Shown piece by piece: positions 11,511-24,615 of a stretch of DNA of 58,315 bases; positions within the stretch are counted from its first letter, which is position 1; every line of letters starts with the position of its first letter. Source of the stretch: Octopus sinensis (lineage: Eukaryota); contig NW_021833306.1 of NCBI RefSeq assembly GCF_006345805.1, positions 1-58,315 of the forward strand. The letters are read 5' to 3'. Below the pieces are notes generated by a model. The model saw only the letters and a program-made list of their open reading frames with translations, was not told where the DNA came from and did no database searches. The translations under genes and the position numbers were made by a program.

Positions 11511-12550
11511 TCTTTATATATATATAACTGAGAATGTGTGTCTGTCTGTCTGTCTGTCTGTGTATTTCCCTAAAACTTGAGAACTACACAACCAATTTCA
11601 TTCAAATTTTACACATGCCTTACTTAGGGTCCATGTAGTTTCATGGGCAAAAAAAATGTTCAACTTCTGGCCTAGAGCGAGCCCATAGCAATATCATATC
11701 TTCTCCACTATTTCAGTATTACGTGTTAAAAGTGAAACAAAAACGTTTCTCTATTTTGTCAGATACTTTCACTTTAACAATAAAAATAATAATAACAATT
11801 GAATTATATGTAGTAAGTAATACAATTGAATTATATGTAGTAAGTAATAATTAAAATCAAACATAACAAAAGTAAAAATAGCAATTGTTATAAAATTGCA
11901 TCAATGACTTGAACTTGAATAAGTGGTTTCACATGAATGGGAATAAATTAAAAATAAAATTAGCGTGCAGAAATGGAATAGTCCAGATGGATAATAAAAA
12001 TTAAATTAAAGAAAAGATTATTGTCTATAAAGTATACAATGTAGAGAAAAAAGAAGATTTGAACACATGAAGGAAAGCACTTTCGAAAAGTGTCTTGGTG
12101 CGACTATGAAAGGTATCTAATCAGAGGCGGTAAATTCGCCACAATAGAAGCAAGGTTCGAGTCAACGGAGCGTGCAAGGGAGTACTCGACTCAAACTTGC
12201 AAAGTGGAAATATTTTATTTTTACCTTTATATCTGGGACGTGGGACGTCCCAGAAAAAAAAATTAAATGTCTCCCCCCCCCCCCCCTCCCAGAAGTAGAG
12301 GTAGGCTGGATTGTAGCCACACTTCTATACAAGAGGGAGGACAAGATACAATTGATCAAAATTACAAGAGACGGGCTAACAATTCCAGTCTGTTATATAT
12401 TTTGAGTATTATTATCACTAGCGATATCAAGATATAACTTTGTATTTTGTATTTTATGTGTAGATGTATATATATAGATGTACATATAATATGTACACAT
12501 ATATACATGCACTAGCACTATGACCCGCAACGACGGGTCTTTAATGCTAG
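11511..12550 (+). mobile_element. Non-autonomous Helitron (Lep1-like), both ends present
   Basis: A|TC 5' end (TCTTTATATATATATAACTGAGAATGTGTG(TCTG)n). The 3' hairpin GACCCG-CAACGA-CGGGTC (12522-12539) is followed by CTAG|T. No TSD; A-T target. Confidence 0.8.
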
Positions 12551-12674
<124 letters not shown>

Positions 12675-12689
12675 ACGTGTGTGAATGTG

Positions 12690-12890
12690 TGTGTATGTCT
12701 GTGTCCCTCACCACTGCTTCATAACCGATGTGTGTGTGTTTCCGTCCATGTAATCTAACGTTTCTGCCAAAGACACCGATAGAATAAGTTCTGCGGTCGG
12801 TTTGTTCGACTAAAACCCTCCAGGGTGGTGCCCCAGCATGGCCGTTGTCTAATGACTGAAATAAATAAAAGAAAACAAGATAAAAGAGTA
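12690..12890 (+). mobile_element. SINE family A, 3' half
   Basis: Tail consensus through CCCCAGCATGGCCG..AATGACTGAAA. Confidence 0.75.
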
Positions 12891-13189
12891 CATATGAGTG
12901 TGTGTGTCTGTGTGTGTCTGTGTGTCTTTGTGTGTTTGTGTGTGTCTGTATACATTCATACATACATACAGGCATGTGTGCACGTACACACATACATGTT
13001 ATGTATGTTATGCACGTATGTATGTATGCTTGTATGTATGACCGAATTTACTGCGTTGTTTGGAATGAATGTGCTATATAAAGCCTCCAGACGTTTTATC
13101 AGTCGCCTTCCGCCATCTTGTTTCAATATGGTCCCTTCTAAAGTTCCTGTTTGTCTGCTTCTCTGGTGCCCGCTCTTTACTTTACTTTG

Positions 13190-13699
13190 GTGCTGGTGCT
13201 GATGGTGTTGAAAGGAGATGGTGCTGATGGTGCTGGTGCTGGTGCTGGTGCTGGTGCTGGTGGTTGCGGTCTGCACTGTGTTTGTGGTGGTGCCATGTAC
13301 TCTAGCAATGGCGGTCTGCTCTGTAGTATTGGTGATCACGTGAACTCTAGAGATGTTATCCGTGCTGTTTTGAACCGCAATGCTCGGTGAGAGAGAGAGA
13401 GGGAGGTGGTGGTGGCCGTGTGCACTATAGTGGTGATGGTGGCGGTGATGGCGATGGTAATGGCGGATGTTGCTGTACTTTGCTGTGGTTGTGGTCGTAT
13501 CTATGGTGATATAGTTTTAGTACTAACATCGTGGTGATGACGTTCATGGCTTGCGTTGTAGTACTACTTACTTTTTTCTGGGAGTGGTAAAGATACCACT
13601 GCAATGTGGTGGGGGGTAGCAGTAGGAGTAGTAGTAGTAGTAGCAGCTGCAGCAGCAGTAGTAGTGGCAGTAGTAGTAGTAGCAGCAGCTGTGCAACAT

Positions 13700-13746
<47 letters not shown>

Positions 13747-14150
13747 TTGGTAGTAGTAGTGGTGGTGGTGGTGGTGGTGGTGGTGGTGGTGTGGTGGTGG
13801 TGGCAGCAGCAGCAGTAGTAGTAGTAGTAGTAGTAGTAGTAGCATCTGCGCAAAATTAGTAGTAGTAGTAGTAGTAGTTGTAGTAGTATTGGTAGTAGTA
13901 GTAGTAGTAGTAGTAACTGCAACAACATTAGTAGTAGTAGTAGCAGCAGCTATGCAACATTAGTAGTAGTAGTAGTAATAGTAGCAGCAGCAGCAACTGT
14001 GCAACATTAGTAGTAGTAGTAGAGGTGGTTCCAGTTTTAGTGATGCCGGTTGTGGTGTTAGTGGCGATTGTTTACTGATTGTGCTGTTGTTGTTGTTGTT
14101 GTTGTTGTTACTGGTGCTGGTGGTAACGGTGGCGCCGGTAGTAGCAGTGA
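13190..14150. repeat. Compound (GGT/GCT/TAG/TTG)n trinucleotide field
   Basis: Directly visible. Source of poly-V/S/T/L pseudo-ORFs. Confidence 0.9.
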
Positions 14151-14419
14151 GTTTAGTGATGGTAGAGGTGTATATACATATATATAGATAAAACTTACTT
14201 GGAAATGGATGCGTGGCGTTCGATCATATAATAATATAAATAATATATAAATATATGCATATATACATATATGTACATACCTATATATATATGTATACCC
14301 ACATATATATGTATATATTCAGTGACCTGAATAATAATGATAATAATAACAACAACAACAACAACAACAACAACGAAATACACCGTACGAATGAGAAGCT
14401 CGGTCCGAAATTTCCCTAG

Positions 14420-14465
14420 GACACCTGATGAAGGCTGGAGGGTATATCAGCCGAAACGTTGTGTT
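14420..14465 (+). ncRNA. Minimal type I hammerhead (PLE-type)
   Basis: GACAC-CTGATGA-A-GGCTG[10 nt]CAGCC-GAAA-CG-TT-GTGTT. AACGTT is palindromic in place of a stem III loop. Second copy at 48747-48792. Confidence 0.7.
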
Positions 14466-14809
14466 AACAACAAGCAAGATGAGGACAAATATCCATCAAA
14501 TATAAATAATGTAAATAATGTTCAACAAAGCTTATTCTCAAAGAATAAAAGAGTGAGAGACTGCATGAAATACAGAAAGAGAGAGAGAGAAGGGGAAAGA
14601 GAGACAGACAGACAGGAGAATCAACTTCAATACACACGATAATGTTAGTGTAGTTACTGTAGATAATACAGCAATTGTTCCCAACTGGGATCCATACAAG
14701 ATTTTGCTGCTACAGTCTATCAGCAATAAATTGATTATACATTTACAATACGCAAAATATTTTAGCATTTTGAATACAATTCCTAATAATGTTTAATCAT
14801 AATAATATA

Positions 14810-14971
14810 GGCGCAGGCGTGGTTGTGTGGTAAGAAGTTTGCATCTCAACCACATGGTTCCCGTTTCAATCCCACTGCGTGGCACCTTGGGCAAGTGTTT
14901 TCTGCTATAGCCTCGGGCCCACCAAAGCCTTGTGACAGGATTTGCTAGACGGAAAGTGAAAGAAGCCCGTC

Positions 14972-15030
<59 letters not shown>

Positions 15031-15280
15031 TGTGTGTGTATGTGTGTGTGTGGTATGTGTTTTGTGTCTAGGCTTGCCCACCCCCACGACCGTTTGGCAA
15101 CTAGCGTTGGTTTGCTTATGTCTCCGTAACGTAGCAGTTCGGCAAAAGATAACCAACGGATTGAGTACCAGACTTTAAAAAAAAAACAGTTCTGGAGTCG
15201 ATTCCTTCGACGAAAAATTCCTCAAAGGGATACTCCAGCATGGTCGTAGTATAATGACTGAAGCAAGTAAAATAAAGGAA
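14810..15280 (+). mobile_element. SINE family A, full length with internal (TA)n(TG)n
   Basis: Head, internal microsatellite and tail all present. Confidence 0.88.
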
Positions 15281-15297
15281 TATAAGAATATAACAGG

Positions 15298-15487
15298 GGG
15301 GGGGGCACCCTTGTTGTACTCTTTCGCCCCAACTTTCTCTCACTCTTTCGTCCTGTTTCTTGAGTAACGCTGCAATGGATTGGCGTCCCGTCCAAGCTGG
15401 GGGGAACTCATACGCCATAGAAACCGGGAAACCGGGCCCGTGAGCCTCGCTAGGCTTGAAAAGGGCCGCATAAATAAATAAAAAAAA
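15298..15487 (+). mobile_element. 5'-truncated SINE with V-domain-like core and A-rich tail
   Basis: CTGCAATGGATTGGCGTCCCGTCCA resembles the V-SINE core. Flanked by a 14-bp TSD AAGAATATAACAGG (15284-15297 and 15488-15501). Confidence 0.65.
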
Positions 15488-16090
15488 AAGAATATAACAG
15501 GAATGTTTTCAACAAGGTGATCCAGTCGGGGTGAAACTGGAATGAAAGGTGCCCATAGGTAAAATAAAAAAAATGTGGGAAAGGGTGACACCCACTACAA
15601 TAGATAATGTCGATAATGTAGCTGGGTTACTCTAAATAGTGTAGGTATAATTACAATACATAATCCAGTTGTTGCTAAACTTTGCCTGAAAGCTAGACAG
15701 GATGGTCGCGGAAGGAATATTTTTAATCAGAAACAACAGCAATGACGACGTCGAGAGATAATATTAATGTAAATATTTTGAGTAACTGAGAGCAGTTATG
15801 TGTATGAAAGAGAGTTAAATGGAATGGAAATAATTTTGTTTCACAATGAAGGACGCCATTTTGTTACACTTGACGTTTGTAGTTTTTCCGCCATAGAAGT
15901 GCATATGTCGGCTGATAGTGCCATCTATCGGCAGATAGTGCCAGCAGTCTTATCAAGTGGGGAGCCAATTATAGGTTTGTTTATTTATTGTTCCTACCTC
16001 AGTGAACTCTTGAGAGAAACCTGTGGAATAAAGATGAAAGATTTACATTGTGTAAGTCAAATACGTAGAGAGATAGAGAACCAAACGCAC

Positions 16091-16126
<36 letters not shown>

Positions 16127-16254
16127 GCACATATCCACAAACACTAACACATAAACGATGGTGATTAGAGACATGTACACCATACACGCACACATATATT
16201 CGACTACACAAAAAGAGACAAGAGCAAAGATAAATTCACGTATACACAACGTGA

Positions 16255-16880
16255 ATTACGAACATACACACACACACACACACACATACATACATACACA
16301 CACACACGCATAACATATGCGAATACACACATGCTCACATAACACACACGAGTATACGAACACACACACACGCACATAACACACACGCGTAAACACACAT
16401 AGACACACATGACAGGCGTATACGAACACACACACACGCATAACACGCACATACACGCATACACATTCATAACACGCGTATGCGAACATACATACACACA
16501 CATATGCATACATGCACACACACGCAAAACACATGCGCATACACACATGCTCACACATAACACGCGCGCATACGAACACACACACGCATCGCATACACCC
16601 ATACGCACACATAACACACATGCTCACACATAGCACACGCGCGCATACGAAGACATACATACGCATACCAAGCGCATACACATAACACACGCGCGCATGT
16701 GAACATACATACACACACACACTCACACACTCACACACCTGCGCAAACCACCTGCGCATACACATAGACCGCACGCGCATACGAACACGCAAGCACATGC
16801 ATTACATGCGCATACATACATACAGACATACACACGCATAACACACACGCGCACGCGAACATACATACACACACACACAC
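16255..16880. repeat. CpG-containing (AC)n-derived minisatellite-like array
   Basis: Recurring CATAACACACGCG..TACGAACACAC units. Confidence 0.8.
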
Positions 16881-16951
16881 ATACATTCTACTCTTGTATT
16901 TTTGTTCTATTTCAACTTGTAAAAAAATAATGCCTCATCCTGACGTTTGTC

Positions 16952-17362
16952 CCTTTACTCTTTTACTTGTTTCAGGCATTTGACTGTGGCCATGCTGGAG
17001 CACCGCCTTTAGTCGAGCAAATCGACCCAAGGACTTATTCTTTGTAAGCCTAGTACTTATTCTATCGGTCTCTTTTGCCGAACCGCTAAGTTACGGAGAC
17101 GAAAACACACCAGCATCGGTTGTCAAGCGTTGTTGTTGTGGGGGGGGGGACAAACACAAACACACAAACATATACACACACATACAGATATATATACATA
17201 TATGCGACGGGCTTCTTTCAGTTTCCGTCTACCAAATTCACTCACAAGGCTTTGGTCGGCCCGAGGCTATAGTAGAAGACACTTGCCCAAGGTGCCACGC
17301 AGTGGGTCTGTACCCAGAACCATGAGGTTCGTAAGCAAGCTACTTACCACACAGCCACTCCT
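16952..17362 (-). mobile_element. SINE family A, full length
   Basis: Reverse complement of head and tail with a short internal microsatellite. Confidence 0.88.
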
Positions 17363-17426
17363 ACTCAAATCTTCCACTTCTCACGATTTTAGCACGTCGG
17401 ACAAAATGCCTATCAGTATTTAAGTT

Positions 17427-17597
17427 ATGGCGCTTTACATTCCCAGTTCAAATCGCACCGAGTTATTATCTTTCCTTTTTCTTTTATTTTCATCCTCCTG
17501 GGGACGACAAAATAAGTACCAGTTGCGTACTGGGGTTGCTCTAATTGAGTGGGTCTTTCCCCGAAAATTCCAGGCCTTGTGCCTATGGTAGAAGGGA
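17427..17597 (+). mobile_element. Meta-domain SINE (family B), degraded, with (ATT)n tail
   Basis: TTTCATCCT..GGGG.CGA.AAAATAAGTACCAG core; CCAGGCCTTGTGCCTA..GATTATTATT tail. Confidence 0.7.
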
Positions 17598-17609
17598 TTA
17601 TTATTATTA

Positions 17610-17655
<46 letters not shown>

Positions 17656-17666
17656 CATTATTATTA

Positions 17667-17721
<55 letters not shown>

Positions 17722-17725
<4 letters not shown>

Positions 17726-18075
17726 TAGTTTTATTTTTATAGCGTGCTTTCACTTCACTACCGAGCGCAGCTCTGTGTGCCCTGGGTATGTGCTGTGATT
17801 TGCTGTGATGCTCTGATGGTTACTGTATTGAAAGTGTTTTGTGTAGGATTTGTGCAGTGCCTAGTAGTGCAATTTTCTGTGTTATATGTATTTGTAAGTT
17901 CTGGTGTTTTTATTATGCATTTGTCTGAATATTTTTTTATCATACTTAATGCGCCCACTATGATAGGAATTGTTTCTGTTTTTAAATTCCACATTCGAGT
18001 CACCTCTATTTCCAGGTCTCTGTATTTTGAAAGTTCCTCCATTTCTTTTAGAGACACGTTGTCATCTGCTGGTAT
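17722..18075 (-). pseudogene. RLE LINE family 2, 3' fragment
   Basis: KEMEELSKYRDLEIEVTRMWNLKTETIPIIVGALSMIKK (RLE C-terminus). The same 3' UTR occurs at 24110 and 34834. Flanked by (TAA)n. Confidence 0.85.
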
Positions 18076-18094
18076 TAATTTATTATTACTATTA

Positions 18095-18159
<65 letters not shown>

Positions 18160-21100
18160 TCTTCAAATTTTCTTCCGTTTCTCGCCGAGGGTTTTGCATA
18201 CACCTAGGGCAGAGAAGGGCATTGTATGCATTCACAGATTACACGCGCAAATTCACAGATAAAATATATATTTAAAAATTAATAAATAAATACATTCATG
18301 GATGGATGTTATTTTCACAGCGATAGTGCTCTTCTCAGTACATGAGCCCTTCCAGTTAATACGATTTTTTGCACTTCCTGGAATCATTTTCAAATAGGTT
18401 TCAGTGGCTTTTTTTATCATTCCTAGAGATCCTACAATTACTGGTACTGTAGTCGCCTTGAGATGCCACATTTTTTCAATTTCCATTAGCAGGTCTTTAT
18501 ATTTACTAATCTTGTCAAATTCTTTCGCCGCTATATTGTGATCACAGGGAATACTCATGTCAATTAATAAACACATCCTTTTTGTCTGATCTTTCGTAAT
18601 GATATCCGATTTTTAGCTTTTATATTTTTGTCGGTCTGCACGAGGAAGTCCCATAGAATCGACACATTTTCTCCCTCAGTCACAGCTTCAGGATGATGTT
18701 TATACTATTTGTCAGCGCTTTTGATTTTATAATGCCGACATATTGTCCAGTGTAAATACTGGCCGACTCTGTCATGTCTTGCTTTATATTCTGCAGGTGC
18801 TAAGACTCTACACCCTGAGATTAGGTGGTCTATTGTTTCAATCTCATCGTTACAGAATCGGCATTTTGGGTCAGCTCCATTTTTCATCACATTGGCTTGG
18901 TAGTTCCGGGTAAATAAGCTTTGGTCTTGAGCAGCTAATATGAAACCTTCACTCTCTGCTTTTAGCCCTGAACTTCGTAACCATTGGTACGTGTGTTTCT
19001 GGTCGACATCAGCTTGTTTGCTACGGGCCACATACTTGCCATGGAGAGGTTTCTGTTCCCATCTGCTAGCTAAATTTTCATGTGCTTTTGTCTTTGCAAT
19101 TAATTTTATTTTCTTTGCAGCAGCAGTTGGCACATTTCCTTCAGCCTGCTCAACCTGGTGGGTGTCTAAGAGATCAGCAGCGAATTTTTTGCTCTCTTTG
19201 AGATTAGTGAAGTTGTTTTAGGTCTTTCATATTTTTCAACAAGTTTTAGCATCCAATCGTTGGTTGCTTCAAGGTATTTGGCCAGTCCGATTGTGGTGGT
19301 TTTGTATGTAAGTTCAAGCTGGATCAAACCTCGACCTCCCTGAGCTCTGGGAAGGTAAAGACGATCCACGTCTGCCTTTGGATTGTGCATCATATTATAA
19401 GTCAGTAGCTTACGGATTTTTCTGTCAATTTTCATTATTTCACTAGTATTCCAGTTAAGCACATTGAAGCTATAAAGAACAACTGGTACTGCTAAGGAAT
19501 ATATGGCTAAAACCTTATTATATGCATTCAGCTCAGACTTCAGGACTGCTCGAAATCTTCTATAACATTCTTTCCTAACCTTCTCTTTCATGCTTGCATG
19601 CTGGATACCAGAGCCTTCATTTATTCCTAGGTATTTATAGGTTTGTTCCTGCTCAAGTTCCTTTATTACTATTTCGACATCTAATTCGATTGAACTAGAC
19701 TTTACCAATTTCCCTTTCTTAAAAGTGGCTTTGGCACACTTTTCAAGGCCAAACTCCATCCCGATATCATTACTGAATCCTTTCACAGTATGTAATAATC
19801 CTTCAAGCTCTTCATCATCTTTGCCATATAGCTTTAAGTCATCCATATAAAATAGATGGCTTATTTTCTTGTTGTCAATTTTGTAGCCATATCCTGTTCT
19901 ATTCAGTTCACTTGAGAGTGGTATTAGTGCTATGCAAAATATTAGTGGTAAAAGTGAGTCACCTTGGAAAATTCCACAGTTTATGCTAATGTTGTTTGAG
20001 TGCAATAGTCCATTAGAATGATATAATTGAAGCTTCGTGTTCCATAGTGACATATTATACTCTAAAAAATCTGAAATCATAGGAGAAATTTTGAAAATGT
20101 CCAGCGATTTCAGAATCCACGAATGTGGTATGCTGTCAAAGGCTTTTTTATAATCAATCCATGAAGAGCTGATATTTCTGCGCTTGGTATGGCAGTTCTC
20201 AAGGATCATGCGATTAATTAGGAGCTGATCTTTACATCCGTATGAGCCTCGTCTGCATCCTTTTGTTCAGTGGGAAAGAGGTTATTCTCTTACATAAACG
20301 TATATGTTTTCTCTACTAGAATAGATGTCAAGATCTTATAGGTAGTAGATAAACATGTTATAGGCCGATAGTTTTTGGGTCTTTCGTTTTGTTATTTTTG
20401 GGGAGGAGGTAAATAATACCATTTGCCATACAATGTGGTGTTTTTTTCGGGTCTTTCATAATACTATTAAATAGTATTACTAACATTTTGTGTGCGGACG
20501 AGAGTGATGAGAGCCAGAAATTTGGTACTCTATCAATACCAGGGGATTTCCACTTATGAGCCGTCGTTAGTGCTTTCCTTAGGTCGGCGATTGAGATGTC
20601 TTCCAATACCTGTTCTTGTAGATTTTTGTAATCATTTTGGGTGCGTTTGATCCACTTTGCATTTTCATTGTATGGTTTCTCATCACTCCAGATCCCCTTC
20701 CAAAAGTTTTCAACTTCTTCCATTAGGGGTGGATTTTCAATGGTTATTTTTTCTTTCCCTATTTCCCTGTAAAATGATTTGGCATTGGATTTGAACATCT
20801 TATTTTGTTTGTAGAATTTGATTCTTTTCTCAAATCTACGTATTCTCTGAGCTTTCGCTTGAACTTTTTGTTTAAGCGTTTCTTTCGCTGACATTAGTTC
20901 TTCTCTTGTTGAATGTCCATATTTTCTCACAATCTTCCTGCCTTTTCTTGATCTTACATCATTTCCAGAGATTAGCTCAGTTAATATTGATATCTCCCTT
21001 CGAAATGATTCAATTTCAGTTTCAATTCTACTCCTCCAGTTTGATTTTCTTTTCGAATTTGGTATTGTTGGCTTTTTGGGTGTTAAACAGCGTCTTTCGA

Positions 21101-21990
21101 TTACCTTAGCGACAGAGTAAATAATTTCATTTAATTTATTAAGATCGGGTTTTAGTTGTTGTATGATTTCCTCTGTAACGCAGTTGCCAATTTTTATTTG
21201 TGTTTTATGTTGGTGTGCATTTGAGAGTTTATGGAGTGGTTCCCTATCATTCATAGTTGTATGCCCTACAACTGCAAGCTCATTCAGAACTTCTTGCTTC
21301 ATTTCAATGATAGATTTTCTGTGTTGTTCAACAAACATGTGATTTTCAAATTCTGTTTCGACATCATTTTCCGGGCTGTTTTTTCTAGGGTCATATTTTC
21401 CTTCTTCAGGATCTTGAGTCGATTCGGCAGATGGTCGCCTTTCAGTCAATGCTTGTGGCCCAACATTCCTCTCCTCAGCTTCGATATTTCTTTCCTGACT
21501 TGCATTTAGGTCATTCTCTACCACTTTTTTAATAGAGGTTAATTCTGCATCTGTGAGTCTGGTATTTCTGAAGATATCTCTTCTAACATTTGCTAATCTG
21601 TTTTCATCCAGGTTTGGTCTGCTAGCTGGATTCCGGATCCTCCAAATTCTGGAGGAGTTTGCGGTGTGTTTTTCTTGGGTTGGCCTACTTAATGCAAAGT
21701 AATAAGCATATATTTCTTCTTTATATTCTTCCCGGTTCCATTTAGTTCTTTTACTTTTTTGATTTTCAGGTCGTTGTGGTGGTGAACTTTGGGGGCTTAA
21801 TTTGGGACAAATCCCGTTTAAGTGACCTTCCAGGTTCGTATTCGGGGAAGATATTCTGCCATTTGAAAATTTTTCGCCATCAGGCTGGCAGCCTCCTGAC
21901 GGGCGCGCTTCCTTTATAACCATTGGACAAGCGATTCGGTGTGCTGTTAGAAATTTTCTTTTCAAGTAAAGTTAAATTATTATTAAGTTT
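18160..21990 (-). mobile_element. Near-full-length R4/Dong-like non-LTR retrotransposon (RT + zinc knuckle + RLE), frameshifted
   Basis: N-terminal KRTKWNREEY motif. RT motifs KSPGID, WIDYKKAFDSIPH, GIFQGDSL and HLFYMDDLKLY. CRFC..ETIDHLISGC..RHD knuckle; LIDMSIP..KYKDL RLE. (TAA)n tracts on both sides. Clade assignment is by eye. Confidence 0.88.
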
Positions 21991-22076
21991 TCATTAAAAA
22001 AAAATAAAATAAATAAAAAATAAAAAATAATAATAATGATAATAAAATAAAAATTTTAAAAAAAATTTTTTTAATT

Positions 22077-22154
<78 letters not shown>

Positions 22155-22204
22155 TATTATCATTATTATTATTACTATCATTTCACTGCTCAGAACTTTC
22201 GGTC

Positions 22205-22419
22205 TTGGTGAGCTGGCAGAATCGTTAGCACACCAGGCGAAATACTTAGCAGCATTTTGTCCGTCTTCGCGTTCTGATTTCAAATTCCGCCGGCCGAGGT
22301 CGACTTTGCCTTTGATCCTTTCGAAATCGATCAATTAAGTACCAGCGAAGCACTGGGGTTGATCTAATCGACTAGTCCCCACCCACCAAATTTCAAACCT
22401 TCAGTCTTTAGTAGAAAGG

Positions 22420-22420
<1 letters not shown>
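22205..22420 (+). mobile_element. Meta-domain SINE (family B) with (ATT)n tail
   Basis: GAGCTGGCAGAATCGTTAGC head, CAAATTCCGCC, GACTTTGCCTTT.ATCCTTTCG..CGAT.AATTAAGTACCAG. Confidence 0.8.
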
Positions 22421-22471
<51 letters not shown>

Positions 22472-22486
22472 TATTATTATTTTTTT

Positions 22487-22925
22487 CTTCAAATTTTCTT
22501 CCGTTTCTCGCCGAGTGTTTTCCATACACCTAGGGCAGAGAAGGGCATTGTATGCATTCTCAGATTACACGCGCAAATTCACAGATAAAATATGTATTTA
22601 AAAATTAATAAATAAATAAATTCATGGATGGATGTTATTTTCACAGCGATAGTGCTCTTCTCAGTACATGAGCCGTTCCAGTTAATATGATTTTTTGCAC
22701 TTCCTGTAGGGATGGTAAGCCTGGAATCATTTTCAAATAGGTTTCAGTACCTTTTTTTTATCATTCCTAGAGATCCTACAATCACTGTTACTGTAGTCGC
22801 CTTGAGATGCCACATCTTTTCAATTTCTATTAGCAGGTCTTTATATTTACTAATCTTGATAAATTCTTTCGCCGCTATATTGTGATCACAGGGAATACTC
22901 ATGTCAATTAATAAACACATCCTTT
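22487..22925 (-). pseudogene. 5'-truncated copy of the 18.1-22.0 kb RLE LINE
   Basis: Near-identical to 18160-18580. It retains 17 bp (IPGLPSLQEVQK region) that are deleted between CCTG repeats in the long copy. (TAA)n on both sides. Confidence 0.88.
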
Positions 22926-22932
22926 TAATAAA

Positions 22933-22964
<32 letters not shown>

Positions 22965-23029
22965 TATTATTATTATTATTATTATTATCATTATTATTAT
23001 TGTTATTACTTTCATTATTATTATTATTT

Positions 23030-23340
23030 CTTCTTTCAATTTTATTTCCATTTCTTGACAGTTAAAATAATCTTTCGCACGTTTCAAATAATTTTTAGTT
23101 CCAGTTTTGATGATTCCTTGTGCTCACAGTTATTGTAATCGTCTTGCCACATTGTTTTCGATTTCAATGAGTTTATATCTTTATATTCTGAGCTTGTCAA
23201 ATTCTTTTGCAGAAATATTATGATCATAAGAGATTCTCAAGGCAATCAGTAAACTGACAATATCTGATTTATTAACTTCGGTGCACTGTCTGTATGTACT
23301 GAAATGTCAAAAGAATCGTTACATTTTCTCCCTTTGTTAC
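23030..23340 (-). pseudogene. Older degraded RLE LINE fragment
   Basis: VTKGENVTIL and YDHNISAKEFDKL segments homologous to the long copy. Confidence 0.65.
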
Positions 23341-23384
23341 AGCTTCAAGTTGTAGAGTGCTTTCAAATCTTGTATTTTGAGCAC

Positions 23385-23900
23385 ACTTTTTGTACGGGAC
23401 GGAAGTATGGACTCCCTACTACAGACATATAATGAAACTAGAAACCTTTCACATGTGTTGTCTGCCCAATATCTGCAACACAAAATGGCAAGATAAGAAA
23501 TCAAATGTCAAAATTTTAGATAAATGTGATATCTTCAGTATCGAAAATAGACAGTTGAGAATTCAGTGCAGATGGGCAGGTCATGTTTTCGAATGCATGA
23601 TGATCGCATTCCAAGAATTCTTTTGTATGGCCAACAATTTGAGGGATTCCGCGGTAAAGGAAAACCCATCCTTCAGTATAACGATAAGCCGAAACAATCA
23701 ATTAAAATTCTTGCAGATTAATTTAACAACATTGGAAGGTTTATTGCCTAGATCAATTTGAGTGACGTAAAATGTGTCACGACGCAAGAAAATAATTTGA
23801 GTTGAAAAAACAGAACAAATAACAGAATTATATCCTGCAATCAAGGGACATGTTGGTCCGATCCCAGGCAAAATCAAAATCATCAGTGTCCCCACTGTGA
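23385..23900 (+). pseudogene. RTE-clade LINE 3' fragment
   Basis: LYGTEVWTPY..FHMCCL..I..KWQDKKSN..IL..QCRWAGHV matches the RTE post-RT C-terminus. Confidence 0.8.
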
Positions 23901-24049
23901 CTTCATAACAAAATCCATCCCTGCATTCAAATTACATCCACGCATCCATTGCAAATAGACGGGTAGTCATGATGGGTATACTGGGCTCCGTATATTTTAC
24001 CCCACTGTCACTTTGATGGCATGCACTGCTCTCTCACTCACTCAATAAT

Positions 24050-24061
24050 AATGATGATAAT

Positions 24062-24109
<48 letters not shown>

Positions 24110-24214
24110 CCATACAATAACCATCAGAGCATCACAACAAATCACAGCACATACCCAAGGCACACAGAGCTGCGCTCGGTAGTGAAGTGAAAGCACGCTA
24201 TAAAAATAAAACTA

Positions 24215-24283
<69 letters not shown>

Positions 24284-24294
24284 TAATAATAATA

Positions 24295-24340
<46 letters not shown>

Positions 24341-24381
24341 TAATAATAATAATGATAATAATAATAATAATAATAATAATA

Positions 24382-24436
<55 letters not shown>
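24050..24436. repeat. (TAA)n array interrupted by an RLE LINE 3' end at 24110-24209 (+)
   Basis: Directly visible. The insert matches the 3' UTR at 17722-17800 and 34990-35097. Confidence 0.9.
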
Positions 24437-24615
24437 CCTTCCTAGCGAAGGGACAAGGCCTGGAATTTTGGGGGAGGGACTAGTCGATTACATCCCGAAA
24501 GGATGAAAGGCAAAGTCAATCTCGGTGGGATTTGAACTCATTACGTGAAGGCAGACAAAATATCGTAATGCATTTCGTCCGGCGTGCTGACGATTCTGCC
24601 AGTCAATGCCTTAGT
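24435..24615 (-). mobile_element. Meta-domain SINE (family B), internal deletion
   Basis: Reverse complement of head, GCCTTTCATCCTTTCG core and GGCCTTGT tail. Confidence 0.75.

Noticed and set aside
14630-14770. Protein-like unique stretch (e.g. SCMDPSWEQLLYYL on the minus strand)
   Set aside because: No recognisable family and only weak splice sites.
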